The translations under genes and the position numbers were made by a program. A stretch of 64,000 bases of DNA from contig JAKAUN010000012.1 of the NCBI GenBank assembly GCA_021817605.1, positions 7,507 through 71,506 on the forward strand. Reading direction: 5' to 3'. A model generated the notes under the pieces. The model saw nothing but the letters and a program-made list of their open reading frames with translations, searched no databases and was not told where the DNA came from. Source of the DNA: Thermoplasmata archaeon. GTDB lineage: Archaea; Thermoplasmatota; Thermoplasmata; Lutacidiplasmatales; UBA184. Shown piece after piece: positions 39,304-49,100 of this stretch. How positions within the stretch are numbered: position 1 is the stretch's first letter; each line of letters begins with the position of its first letter.

Positions 39304-40317
39304 ATGCAGCCACGACAGCATTTGCCTGCCGTCGGCGCCGCGCGAAGCCGCTGGCCCGCGTTCGCCGGAGCCTTGGGAGTGGTAACGCTCCTCGCGCTTT
39401 CGGTGGTCGCCGTCTCCCCCTCGGTCGGGGCCTCTAGCGGCTCCGCGGGGGCCCTCCCCGCCTCGCCCCTGGGGAGCGCCTCCGCCGCACCGGCAGCCCC
39501 CGAGCAGAGCCACCCGTCCACCGCGGCCTTCGCCAACTCGACGACGCTCGTCAACGTGACCTTCGAGGCGCTTCGGTTGCCTCAGGGCTCGCTCTGGAGC
39601 GTCACCGCCGGCTCACCCGCGGTCACCACGAACAACACCACGGCCGGCGCCCAGGGGAGGATCGTCCTTCAGGCACCGGACCAGGCACAGCTCAACTTCT
39701 CGATCGCCGGCCCGGCCGGCTACGGTGTGGCCAAGGTCGTGGGTAAGGGGATTCCGAGCCAGACCTCGGACTTCATCGGCGGTACGACGCTCATCAAGGT
39801 GTTCTTTGCCCCCGTCGTCACCCTGACGTTCCGCGAGACGGGCCTCTTCCCCGGCACGGTCTGGGGGATCGCGATCCAGAGCGCCCTGCCGCACGGCGGC
39901 CCCGCCCCGCAGTCGAACAGCTCGAACGGGACGACGGTCACCTTCCAGATCGTGAAGGGAACCTATCGGTTCCAGGTAACGCCGGCCCCGACCGGCTTTA
40001 AGGCCCTTCCCGCCCGCGGCCACGTCGGCACGGGCCACCCGATGAAGATGATCAAGTTCCGGCTGGTGAGCTCGATGGTCCTCTTCCGGGAATCCGGCCT
40101 GTCGGCCGGGACCCGTTGGCAGGTGAACGTTACGGGCTCACTCGTCAGCGAGAGCCTCAACTCGACCTCCGGAGCGATCCGGTTCCACCTGCCCGCAGGC
40201 AACTACACCTTCACGGTCTGGAACTTCACGACGCTTCATCCCACTCCCGAGAGCGGCACGCTCAGCGTGACCGCCCCGTCCCACGCGACGGTCGTCAAGA
40301 TCACGTACGCGAGCTAG
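39304..40317 (+). CDS. Secreted protein with three thermopsin-associated beta-sandwich repeats
   Basis: Signal peptide, FEALRLPQGSLW, FRETGLFPGTVW, FRESGLSAGTRW. Confidence 0.8.
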   Translation: MQPRQHLPAVGAARSRWPAFAGALGVVTLLALSVVAVSPSVGASSGSAGALPASPLGSASAAPAAPEQSHPSTAAFANSTTLVNVTFEALRLPQGSLWSVTAGSPAVTTNNTTAGAQGRIVLQAPDQAQLNFSIAGPAGYGVAKVVGKGIPSQTSDFIGGTTLIKVFFAPVVTLTFRETGLFPGTVWGIAIQSALPHGGPAPQSNSSNGTTVTFQIVKGTYRFQVTPAPTGFKALPARGHVGTGHPMKMIKFRLVSSMVLFRESGLSAGTRWQVNVTGSLVSESLNSTSGAIRFHLPAGNYTFTVWNFTTLHPTPESGTLSVTAPSHATVVKITYAS

Positions 40318-40828
40318 GCCGGGACGCGGGAGCCCCCGGGCCCGCCCCTCCAGGGACGGGCGAACCACTTCCACGACATCTTCTGCTCAACGGAGGGGAG
40401 ACAGGCCGTCTCCCCGTGCCCGGCCTCCGCTTTCGAAGAAGGGCCGAAGAGGGTCAGGACGTTTCCCACGCCGCAGGGGACGCTGAGCGCCGTCGCCCTC
40501 GAGGGGAGAGATGGGATTCCCCTCGTTCGCGAGGCGAGCACCACCGGCAAGGCAATCCCTCTCCTGCCCAAGGACGCGGGTCGTGAGCCCCTACCGCGAG
40601 GAGGAGCAAGGGCTGTCGGCGTGGAAGCGAGCCCACCGGGACGGGGGGGCCTCCAGCCGCTGTGACCGAGAGCGAACTTCGGGCCGTCCGTGAGGAGCTT
40701 GGGGTTCCGTCCGAAACGCTCCCGCGCCCTAGCCAGCCGTAAAGAGTCGACCCCTGGAGGAGAGAGATGAAGGAAGTGGTTAGGCCAACGCCCACCCGCG
40801 TTCGCGGGTGGGGTTGCTCGTGGCGGGA

Positions 40829-41059
40829 CTATTCCTTCTTCTCTTCCTCAGAGCCCTTGTAGCCCTTCTTGGCCCCGGAGGCCAGTCCCTTGAGCCCGCC
40901 GACGAGCCCGTGACCGACCTTGCCGGCGACCACGCCGGTCTCCTTCGCCACGTGCATCGTTGCCGAGCCCGCGCGCTGGGAGGAGCTTGTCTCCCTCCCG
41001 CACGCCGCGCACGTCTTTGCTCCCTCGGCCAGCTCCGCGCCGCAACCTTCGCACTTCAT
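40829..41059 (-). CDS. Small zinc-ribbon protein with amphipathic tail
   Basis: CEGCG.......CAACG followed by a Gly/Lys/Ala-rich helix. Confidence 0.7.
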   Translation of the reverse strand: MKCEGCGAELAEGAKTCAACGRETSSSQRAGSATMHVAKETGVVAGKVGHGLVGGLKGLASGAKKGYKGSEEEKKE

Positions 41060-41305
41060 GGGTGGCTCCGACAGAAAACATCGCGACGGGAGTACTTCAT
41101 AGTTGGGAACTGGGGGGACTCATGGCCGGCGGTGTCCCGGCCCGGGGGGCCTTTCGCTCCTGACGCGTTCCTCCGGTCTGATCCCAGGGGGTGCCGGGCG
41201 GACAGGCCGCTGGTGTCGGAGCGGGTCGTCCCCTCTGCTGCGGTCTAAGGGCCGCAGCGCGCGGCTCGAGGGTCGGCAGCCTCGGCTAGCCCGGTAGGTC
41301 GGACC

Positions 41306-41734
41306 TCAGGCCTGCGCCGTGGTTGCGTCGATCGCTGCGCGTAGCAGGCCCTCCACTTCCCTGCCGAGCCCCGTGAGAGAAGGCAGCGGAAGGAGCGCCT
41401 TGAGCGCCGTGGTCGGCCGTTGCAGCGCGATCAGGGTACGAGCTCCTTCCTTCGCCACCACGATCTTGCACGGAAGCAGGAGGGAGGCATCCCGGCTTAC
41501 CGTGAGGGCGTGGTGGGCGTGGCGTGGGGAGCAGACATCCAGGATGACCAGCGGGTCGATCCGTTCGGGGATACTCTTCTCCAGGATCTCGTGGACGCGC
41601 AGCGTCGCAAGGACCCCGAAGCCACGCTGCTTGAGCTCGGAGGTGAGTCGCTCCAGGGCCGCGTCAACACTGCCGGGATACGGCCGGCTGTAGGAGAGTT
41701 CGGTCGTGCCTTCGTGCAGCGAGTTAGCGGCCAT
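41306..41734 (-). CDS. DUF302-domain protein
   Basis: LKQRGFGVL, ILDVCSP, LLLPCKIVV. Confidence 0.85.
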   Translation of the reverse strand: MAANSLHEGTTELSYSRPYPGSVDAALERLTSELKQRGFGVLATLRVHEILEKSIPERIDPLVILDVCSPRHAHHALTVSRDASLLLPCKIVVAKEGARTLIALQRPTTALKALLPLPSLTGLGREVEGLLRAAIDATTAQA

Positions 41735-41865
41735 GCCGGCCCAAGCCCGCTCGGGCCGATAGGGCTAGCCCCTTCACCCCTCGGGAAGGGGGAAGCCGCG
41801 CCGCGGTCCCGGTCCGGCGGACCTCCGAGCGGGTAACGCCATCCCATCCCCGTCCCTGGGGAGGC

Positions 41866-42168
41866 ATGGACGAGGGAGTGGCGATCCCCATCACCGCACG
41901 CCCGGGCAGCGCGCGCGAGGCGATCGCCTGGGACCCCTGGCGACGCTCTTGGGTGGTCAGGGTGCGTGCGCGCCCGGTCCAGGGAGAGGCCAACGACGCG
42001 ATCCTCCGTGCTCTTGCCGTCTGGCTCGGGGTCAGGCCCTCCGACGTCAGCTGGCTCCGGGCGGGGAAGGGTAGCTCCAAACTCGCGCGCGCAAGGGGTG
42101 TCGGCCCGGAGGAAGTCGAGCGGCGACTCAGGGAAGCCTGCGCCCGCACGGACGGTACGACGCGCTAG
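41866..42168 (+). CDS. DUF167 (YggU-like) protein
   Basis: VRVRARPVQGEANDAILRALA..LGV..SDV....G..SSK. Confidence 0.78.
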   Translation: MDEGVAIPITARPGSAREAIAWDPWRRSWVVRVRARPVQGEANDAILRALAVWLGVRPSDVSWLRAGKGSSKLARARGVGPEEVERRLREACARTDGTTR

Positions 42169-43046
42169 CCGTCGAGGGTGCGCCGTTGGGGCGCGTAGGC
42201 GATCGGAGGAAGGCCCCTCGCGCGGCGGAAGTCGTTCAGCGAAGCCGGGGCAAAGCCCGCGAAGTGGTTGTTGAAGAAGACGAAGGCGGCCGCGAGCCCC
42301 TTTAGTCGGTCGCGAAGGCGTGTCGCCCAGCGGTCGACCGCCTCCGTCCGGTCGACACGCACCTCGCCGTGCGTGACCGCGGGGACACTCGTGTGGTCCC
42401 CGATGAACCGGAGGTAGACGAAGTCCGAAGTGACGGCAGGGGGAACGTCCACGTAGGTGAGATACGACCAGGCGAGCGCGACCCGACGTTCGGAGAGGGA
42501 GCGTTGGAGGCGCTCGAAGATCTCCCCCGAGAACCAACCAGCGTCACGGAGTTCGACCGAGTAACGGACGCGGGGCTCGAGCCGGCCGAGGAGCTCGTCG
42601 AGAAAGGGGCTCGCCCTACCGGGCTTGAACCAGGGGGGGAACTGGAGGAGCACCGCTCCGAGCTTCGGCCCCAATAGGGTCACGGTCTCGAGGAAGGCGG
42701 CGATCCTCTCGGTTCGGAGAGCCCGTCTCGGGTCGAGCAGTTCGCGCGGGAACTTGAGCGTGAAGCAGAACCCCGGGGGGCTCACCCGCGCCCACCGTCG
42801 GACGAGGTCGGCGGAAGGGGCACGGTAGTAGGTAGCGTCGACCTCGACGCTGTCCCAGAAGCGCGCGTACCAAGCAAGGCGATCGGCGTCAGGCAAGCCC
42901 TCGGGGTAGACCCGGCCCACCCACGCCTCGGAGGTCCATGAGGAGCAACCGATCCGGAGCTTGGAGCCGGCAGGGGGCGCGCTCGTTTCCCGATCCCGTC
43001 CCCGACCGGTAGCGGAGGCGTCCGGCAGCGGGTCGTTGGGGAGCAT
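42165..43046 (-). CDS. DUF72-domain protein (YecE-like)
   Basis: IGCSSW, VEVDATYY, FTLKFP, LLQFPP, VELRD, YLRFIG, FFNNHFAG. Confidence 0.9.
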   Translation of the reverse strand: MLPNDPLPDASATGRGRDRETSAPPAGSKLRIGCSSWTSEAWVGRVYPEGLPDADRLAWYARFWDSVEVDATYYRAPSADLVRRWARVSPPGFCFTLKFPRELLDPRRALRTERIAAFLETVTLLGPKLGAVLLQFPPWFKPGRASPFLDELLGRLEPRVRYSVELRDAGWFSGEIFERLQRSLSERRVALAWSYLTYVDVPPAVTSDFVYLRFIGDHTSVPAVTHGEVRVDRTEAVDRWATRLRDRLKGLAAAFVFFNNHFAGFAPASLNDFRRARGLPPIAYAPQRRTLDG

Positions 43047-43208
43047 CTCCGACCATCGAAGGGCTCAGCGACAGCCCTCTTGGTCATCTCGGGAGACGGC
43101 TTAAGCCCCCTACCGGGCACGGCTTCGCGGGGTTTGCACCACGAATTTCGAGCCGCGCACCAAAAAGCGATTCACCCCCCATCCGGTAGTTCTCACGATG
43201 GAGACACG

Positions 43209-43808
43209 ATGAGAGGTAGAGCAATCTATTGGGCCCTGGGGGTGGGGGCGCTCCTGGTCGTCGCGACGACGGTCGGGGCGGCCGCTCTTGCCACTCCTTA
43301 CGGGAAGCCCACAGCGTTGTCCTCCTGCTCGACGGCGACAAGTTTGCCTCAGGGCGCGGGGAGCGCTGGAACGACCCACCCATTTGACGACAACAACTCG
43401 ACCAACGGATCGGGGGGAACCGACCAAAACCAGTCCGGGGACAACAACTCCGGCGACAACCAGACCGGTAGCAACGACTCCGGCGGCAATCAGACCGCCG
43501 AGAACGACTCCGGCGACAACCAGACCGCCGAGAACGACTCCGGCGACAACCAGACCGCCGAGAACGATTCCGGCAGCAACCAGACCGCCGAGAACGACTC
43601 CGGCGACAACCAGACCGCCGAGAACCACTCCGGCGACAACCAGACCGCCGACAACAACACGTGGGATAACGAGACGAGCGACAACGGCAGCGCGGACAAC
43701 GGAACGGTCGGTCTGCAGTCAGGCGTTGAGTCCACCTCGCCTGTGTGCTCCTCGACCGCCACCGCTCCCACGCCGCTGAGCCCCGGCCCGGGCGGGAGGA
43801 CCGACTGA
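43209..43808 (+). CDS. Secreted low-complexity protein with a 19-unit N-x-S/T pentapeptide array
   Basis: MRGRAIYWALGVGALLVVATTVGAAALA signal, acidic Asn-rich repeat core bracketed by two Cys. Confidence 0.8.
   Translation: MRGRAIYWALGVGALLVVATTVGAAALATPYGKPTALSSCSTATSLPQGAGSAGTTHPFDDNNSTNGSGGTDQNQSGDNNSGDNQTGSNDSGGNQTAENDSGDNQTAENDSGDNQTAENDSGSNQTAENDSGDNQTAENHSGDNQTADNNTWDNETSDNGSADNGTVGLQSGVESTSPVCSSTATAPTPLSPGPGGRTD
43428..43712 (+). repeat. Coding tandem repeat: 30-nt unit (AACGACTCCGGCGACAACCAGACCGCCGAG) built from 15-nt subunits
   Basis: About seven near-identical 30-nt copies directly visible at roughly 43443-43652, with degenerate 15-nt flanking units. Confidence 0.92.
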
Positions 43809-43852
43809 GCCACCCCAGGCTCAGGAGAAACGAAGAAGACCAACTGCCGAAC

Positions 43853-43900
43853 CCCCGGCAGGGGCTTAGGGACTGACCCTCCCACGGCCCCCTGCCGGGG
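43853..43900. other. Intergenic 12-bp perfect inverted repeat with inner hairpin
   Basis: CCCCGGCAGGGG...CCCCTGCCGGGG enclosing AGGG-actga-CCCT. Confidence 0.55.
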
Positions 43901-44152
43901 AAGACCTTGCCCCAAGGAGATCGTCCCGCAGGAGCGAGGCCTGACGGTGGAGGATACGAACGATGATGATGGCAGACCGACCCGCTCTATGGGCGGCTAC
44001 GACCCAGCCAGGGTCGCTCTCCCACCGCCCCCTAACCATCCCCCGTGCGCGGGTTTCGGCCGCGGGGGGGCTCCTTCCAGGTCCAGGGGTACCCGCCCCG
44101 AAGGGTCTCGAGGGGACTAGGCTAAGATGGCCAGGACGGTCTCGGCCCTACG

Positions 44153-44443
44153 ATGAGCCTCGTCGCCGAATCCCTCGCGGTCCTCCTCACCGGCCTCGCG
44201 GCCATCCTCGCTTCGGTCGGTGCCAGTGCCGCGGCACGCCTGCGCGATCGCCGTCTCGGCTTTGTCTCGGCGGCCATGTTCTTGCTGGCAGCTTTGGGAG
44301 TCCTATCGTTCCTGCACGAGACCTCCCCTCGCTACGGCAAACCGTTCGAGGTCGCCCCCATCCCCCTCGCCCTCGCCCTGGGGGCCGCGGTCCTCCTCTA
44401 TGGTTCGCTCCTCCGTCGGGCGCCGACCAAATCGCCCCCCTAG
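44153..44443 (+). CDS. Small 3-TM membrane protein of the type found beside archaeal wHTH regulators
   Basis: 96 aa, three hydrophobic helices, R..DRRLGFVSAA.FLLA. Confidence 0.72.
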   Translation: MSLVAESLAVLLTGLAAILASVGASAAARLRDRRLGFVSAAMFLLAALGVLSFLHETSPRYGKPFEVAPIPLALALGAAVLLYGSLLRRAPTKSPP

Positions 44444-44445
44444 GG

Positions 44446-44967
44446 ATGGACGACGTCCTTTCCCAGCCCACGCGCCGACGACTCTACGAGCTCGTCGGCA
44501 GCCATCCCGGGTCGAGCGCCCGGGAGATCCAGCGGCTCTCCGGACTCGCCTGGGGGGAGACCGCCTACCACCTCGACCAGCTGATCCAGGCGGGGCTGCT
44601 CCGCCGCGAGCGAGGGGGGAGGAGAGATTACTACTTCCAGCTCGACATGACTTGGGAGGACCGACGCGTTCTGCTCACGCTTCGGAGCCCGATGGAGCGA
44701 AAGATCCTGGTCGAGCTGGTCCAATCCCCCGGGCTCACGCTCACCGAACTCAGGGACAGGACCCAGACGAGCGTCTCCACGGTCTCCTCGCACCTGCGAC
44801 GCCTCCTCGCGCTGGGCCTGGTGGAATCCGACAAGAGCACGAACTACCGCCAGTACCGGCCCGCGCACCCGCTCCGGGTGGCGCTGCTGCTCCAGAAGTA
44901 CCAGGGGTCTTTCCGGGATCGCTTGGTCGATCGTTTCATCGAAACATGGAGGGAGCTGATCGGATGA
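44446..44967 (+). CDS. Double winged-helix transcriptional regulator (HVO_0163-like)
   Basis: TRRRLYELVGSHPG...LAWGETAYHLDQL and RKILVELVQSPGLT..EL...SVSTVSSHLRRL. Confidence 0.85.
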   Translation: MDDVLSQPTRRRLYELVGSHPGSSAREIQRLSGLAWGETAYHLDQLIQAGLLRRERGGRRDYYFQLDMTWEDRRVLLTLRSPMERKILVELVQSPGLTLTELRDRTQTSVSTVSSHLRRLLALGLVESDKSTNYRQYRPAHPLRVALLLQKYQGSFRDRLVDRFIETWRELIG

Positions 44968-46031
44968 AGGCCGACAGGGCCGGGTCCTTCGGGCTGCCCG
45001 GGAGGGGGACGAGGGGTCTCCCCCAGGGACGCGCCTTGGCGGCGTGGCTCGGGATAGGGATCGGACTGCTGGTCGTCGTTTCTACCGCTGCCCCGGGAGC
45101 CCTCAGCGGAGTCCCCCACGCGGGGCTCCCGCTCCGGGCCGGACCGTGGGTCCCTGCCGCGACGGTCACGGGAACCTGGCAGAACGGCGTCATCCGTGTC
45201 GACTTCCCGACGAGCGGACCCACGATGACCATCTCCTCGATCGCCAACCCGCGAGTGGAGACCACCGTGGGACTCCACGGCCTCGCGGAGGTCGCTCCCA
45301 ACGGGAGCTACACCGTCTATGCCTCGTTCGACAATCCGAACGCGACCTGGCATGTCACCCCCAAGGTCGGCGCGCACGGCTCCGTCGATCTCACCTTCCA
45401 AGGGAAGATCCCCGAGGTCCAGACCGCCGGGGTCTGGGAGTCGGGGGACGACGGGGGCGACGCCGGCACCGTGGTCGGCAACGCCAGCGTTCGCACCGAC
45501 GTCTACCTCAACGGCTCCTTGTCTCCCAGCGCGAGTGCCGCCCGCATCTCCGTCCAGGCGAACTGGACCTGGGAGAGCCCGCAGGATTCCCTGGGTCTAT
45601 CGATGAGCCTTCACGCCGCCCGGCACACCCGCATCGCCTCGGGCATCGGACCGTCCGGCACCCTCCTCCAGGAGCTGGCGAACAGCACCGGCAAGCCGGT
45701 CGCCTCCCTCTCCTGGGCGAGGGCGGCGACGGTGCGCTTCGGTACCGGCATCAACAGCTCGAGCAGTGTCGCCTCCTACGCGACGACCGTCACGAACGGC
45801 TCGAACTCCACGGTCCGGCTGCTCTTCGGCAACGTGAGCGGAGGCTACGACTCGGTCGACTACGACCCTTGGATCGCTCTCAACCTCGGGGCGTTCGTCG
45901 TGGAACCCCCCGCGGCGTGGTCGATCGGCGTTCACGGATGGATCGTTCTCGGAGCTGCCCTCGCGACGGTGTCGGCTCTCGCGGTCGTCGCGGCCCGGCG
46001 GCACAGGTCCCAACCGGACGAGCTCGGCTAG
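44964..46031 (+). CDS. Membrane-anchored surface protein
   Basis: Signal peptide, Ser/Thr/Asn-rich beta body ending YDPWI, C-terminal TM plus RRHR. ATGA overlap with the regulator. Confidence 0.75.
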   Translation: MKADRAGSFGLPGRGTRGLPQGRALAAWLGIGIGLLVVVSTAAPGALSGVPHAGLPLRAGPWVPAATVTGTWQNGVIRVDFPTSGPTMTISSIANPRVETTVGLHGLAEVAPNGSYTVYASFDNPNATWHVTPKVGAHGSVDLTFQGKIPEVQTAGVWESGDDGGDAGTVVGNASVRTDVYLNGSLSPSASAARISVQANWTWESPQDSLGLSMSLHAARHTRIASGIGPSGTLLQELANSTGKPVASLSWARAATVRFGTGINSSSSVASYATTVTNGSNSTVRLLFGNVSGGYDSVDYDPWIALNLGAFVVEPPAAWSIGVHGWIVLGAALATVSALAVVAARRHRSQPDELG

Positions 46032-46164
46032 CTGGCTGGACCGCGCTCGGAACGGGCCGCGCTCCCCGCCGCGAAGTGACCCGGAAGTAACGGCTGGCTC
46101 CTCGAGCTTACGGGATCCTGCGACGACGCCGGCAGGGTTTCCGAACGACGGCCCCCGCTCCCCT

Positions 46165-49100
46165 CTACGGGAACGGTTCGTCGAGGGGGTTGGTCCGCGG
46201 TGCGGGAGGACGGCGTCCCCTCCGACGGTAGAAGAAGACCCCCACGACGACCGCAACCACCGCCCCGACGACGGTCAGGAAGAGCCAGGCCGCGACGCCG
46301 AGGATCATGAGGGGGTGCACCGGGGTGCCGAATACGATGTGGATCGGGGGGAGCGTCGCTCCTGCCCAGCTCACGTTGCCGTAGCGCGGGTTCGCCGCGA
46401 CGCCGACGGGGGCGAGCACCTTGAACGGGAGCCGCCCGGCGGAAAGGGTCCAGCCGGGAATGTAGACCACGGAGGAGGTGGTGGTGTACGCAGGGTAGTT
46501 GCCCAGCGCGAACGTCCACGCCTGGCCGCCGGCCAGGCCGCTCTCGGTGAACTCGAGGTAGAACGAGTAGAAGCCCGTGGTCAGCGGCTTTATGTCCACG
46601 GAGTTGTTGATAGGATATCTTCCGATCCCCGGCCAGTCGGCCCAGTAGTTCTCGTAGAAGTGGTTCGTCACCCGGTTGGTCCACGCCTGGGCGTGGGAGA
46701 CGCTGTAGCCTCCCGTGACGCTCGAGTTGTTGTTGGCGACGAAGTTGGTGTTGGTCACGTTGTTGGAGCTTCCGTTGGAGATGTTGATCCCGAAACCCTG
46801 CGAGGCCTCGAGGGTGCTCGCCTCCACCTTCACGTACTCGCAGTTCACCAGCAGGATGCCGAGCCGGCTCCCGAAGGAGAAGACCTGGCTGATCAACGAG
46901 TGCGCCTCCCCGAGGGTGGCGTTCTCGAAGTCGCTCACCACGGTCCCGCAGTACCAGCCGATCACGCTCGTGAGCGTGAGACCCTGCGTGTAGTTGGCCC
47001 AGACGGCGAACGGATAGTACGTCGCCTGGACGTCCGTCACGGTGATGCCGTTGTCGTGGAGCAGCCCGACCGCCGCGATCGGGTAGCTCGACAAGGAGCC
47101 CGGGATCGAGAAGTACGCCTCGCGGTCGAGGCTGTTGTTCGAAGCCTTCACCCCGGAGATGGTGAGACCGCTGGCGTTCTCGGCCCAGACGCCGAGCGAG
47201 TCGACGAACGCCGAGACCGTGGAGATCGTGCCGGTCGAGCTCAGGTTCCAGAGGACGCCGAGCGAGTTCGTCTCGGCGAGGACGTTCGTCACGGTGGCCC
47301 CGGTCGAACCGGCGACCGCGACCCCGAGGCTCTGGCTCTGCGCCACCACGTCGGTGACCGTGAGGTTCGAGGCCAGGGTGAGGTTGAGGCCGGTCGCGCT
47401 GTTGCTGGCGTTGATCCCGGTGAAAGTGCCCTGCTTGGAGCCGTTGAACGACTGGACCACCGACGAGCCCGGCCCCTGCGCGGAACAGTTGACCATGGTC
47501 ACCACGAGGTCGTTCGTGAGGACAAGGCCGGTCCCCCGCACGCCGAGGTGCTTGAAGGAGAGCTCGTTGCTGCCGGTCCAGTTGCCGGCAGCGCTCGGCA
47601 CGCCTCCCGTCACGTTCATCCACACGACGTTCGCTGACCCCGTGGCGGTCGCGCTGACCCCCGTCGCCCCCGAGGCGACAGACAGGCTGGAGAGGTTGAG
47701 ATAGGTCGAGCCTGCGCTCGTGAGCCCCTCCGCCAGGTTGGACGCGGCGAGGCCGACGATCGAGGTCCTGCGGACGCCGGTGAGCGTGATCCCGACGGAC
47801 GGGTGGAAGAGAGGGTCCTGGCCGTCCGCCGAGACCGTTGTGATCGTCAGGTTGGTCGAATTGCTCGCGACCACGGCCTTCCCGCCGGAGACGGCCGAGA
47901 TGTTAGAGAGGCGGAGCGAGGAGACGCCGAAGGCCGTTACGGCATGTGCGTCAAGCGACGAGCTCAGCTGGTAGGCAGAAGATCCGTGGGTGAAGTAGAA
48001 CTCCACCGTCGGGGCCGGGAGCGTCGGGACCGCCTGCGGCACCGCCGACGGCGCCGCTTCGAGCGAGGTGTTGCCGACAGTGAACCGGCCGCTTCCCCCG
48101 AAGAAGAAGTAGCCCTGGGTCCAGCCGGGAAGGTAGCGGGAGGTGCCGAGGTCGCTGGTGTAATTGAACGTGAAGCGGCTCTGCTCGAAACCGTTCACCA
48201 CGACGTTGGTCGACAGCCCCTGCGCAACCAGGAGCTGGAACGCAGGATAGCTCTCGTCGTTCAACGAGCGGAAGGGGGCAGCGAGCTGGACCGCCGAGGC
48301 GTTGAGCCAGAGCGTGGCGGGCGAGGAACCGGCGTAGCCCATGCCTGTCACGCGAGCGGCTCCCAGAGCCGCTGCCTGCGTGTCGCCGTTCAGGTAGACC
48401 GGGGCGTCGAGGATCGAGGGCGATGCGGTCAGGCTCACCGTCTGGGTCGTGTTGCCCGAGACCGGCACGTTGGCGCTCGGCTGATAGCCGTCCGCCCAGG
48501 CGTCGAAGACGTACGGCGCCCCGGTTGGAGGAGGCGGGAGCTCGGTGGTCATCGTCCCCGTGGCGCCGGAGGGGGCGTAGGCGTAGGCCGTCGCAGAGGA
48601 GAGGTTGGCGAAGAGGAAGGCGTAGTCCGGGCTCGAGCTCAGGTTCACGCCGATCCAGCCGGACTTGGCCGCCGGTGCGACCCCGGTGGCGGAGGAGGTG
48701 TTCCAGAGCCCGTAGAGCATCGAGGGTCCCTGCACGAGGTGGACGGTGGGGACTGGCTTGCCGCTCTTGTTGACGTAGTGACTCGCGATGCCGGAGGCGG
48801 TCTCGGAAGAATCGACCCCGAAGTCGTAGGCGGAACGGACCGGCAGGAACTTCGACGTGGCGTGAGCCCACTCGCGGAGCTTGGCGGTCGCGCTCAGGTC
48901 GAGGAGGTTGGTATGGGCGCCGCCGCCGTTGCCCCCCACCACGAGCTCGGAGTCGTAGAGGAGGCCGGCGGGAGTGTAGCCCGATCCGCTGACCTCGAAC
49001 TGCGGGGGAGAAGCGCTGGAGGCGGTCCCGTTGAAGGTGACGATGTCGTAGGTCCCCGGCAGCCGAGCCCCGAGGTTGTTGATGATTGTGTAGTTGAAGT

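Noticed and set aside
43428-43712. 30-nt repeats as a CRISPR array
   Set aside because: The units are directly tandem with no unique spacers, in frame within a signal-peptide ORF, and no cas genes are nearby.
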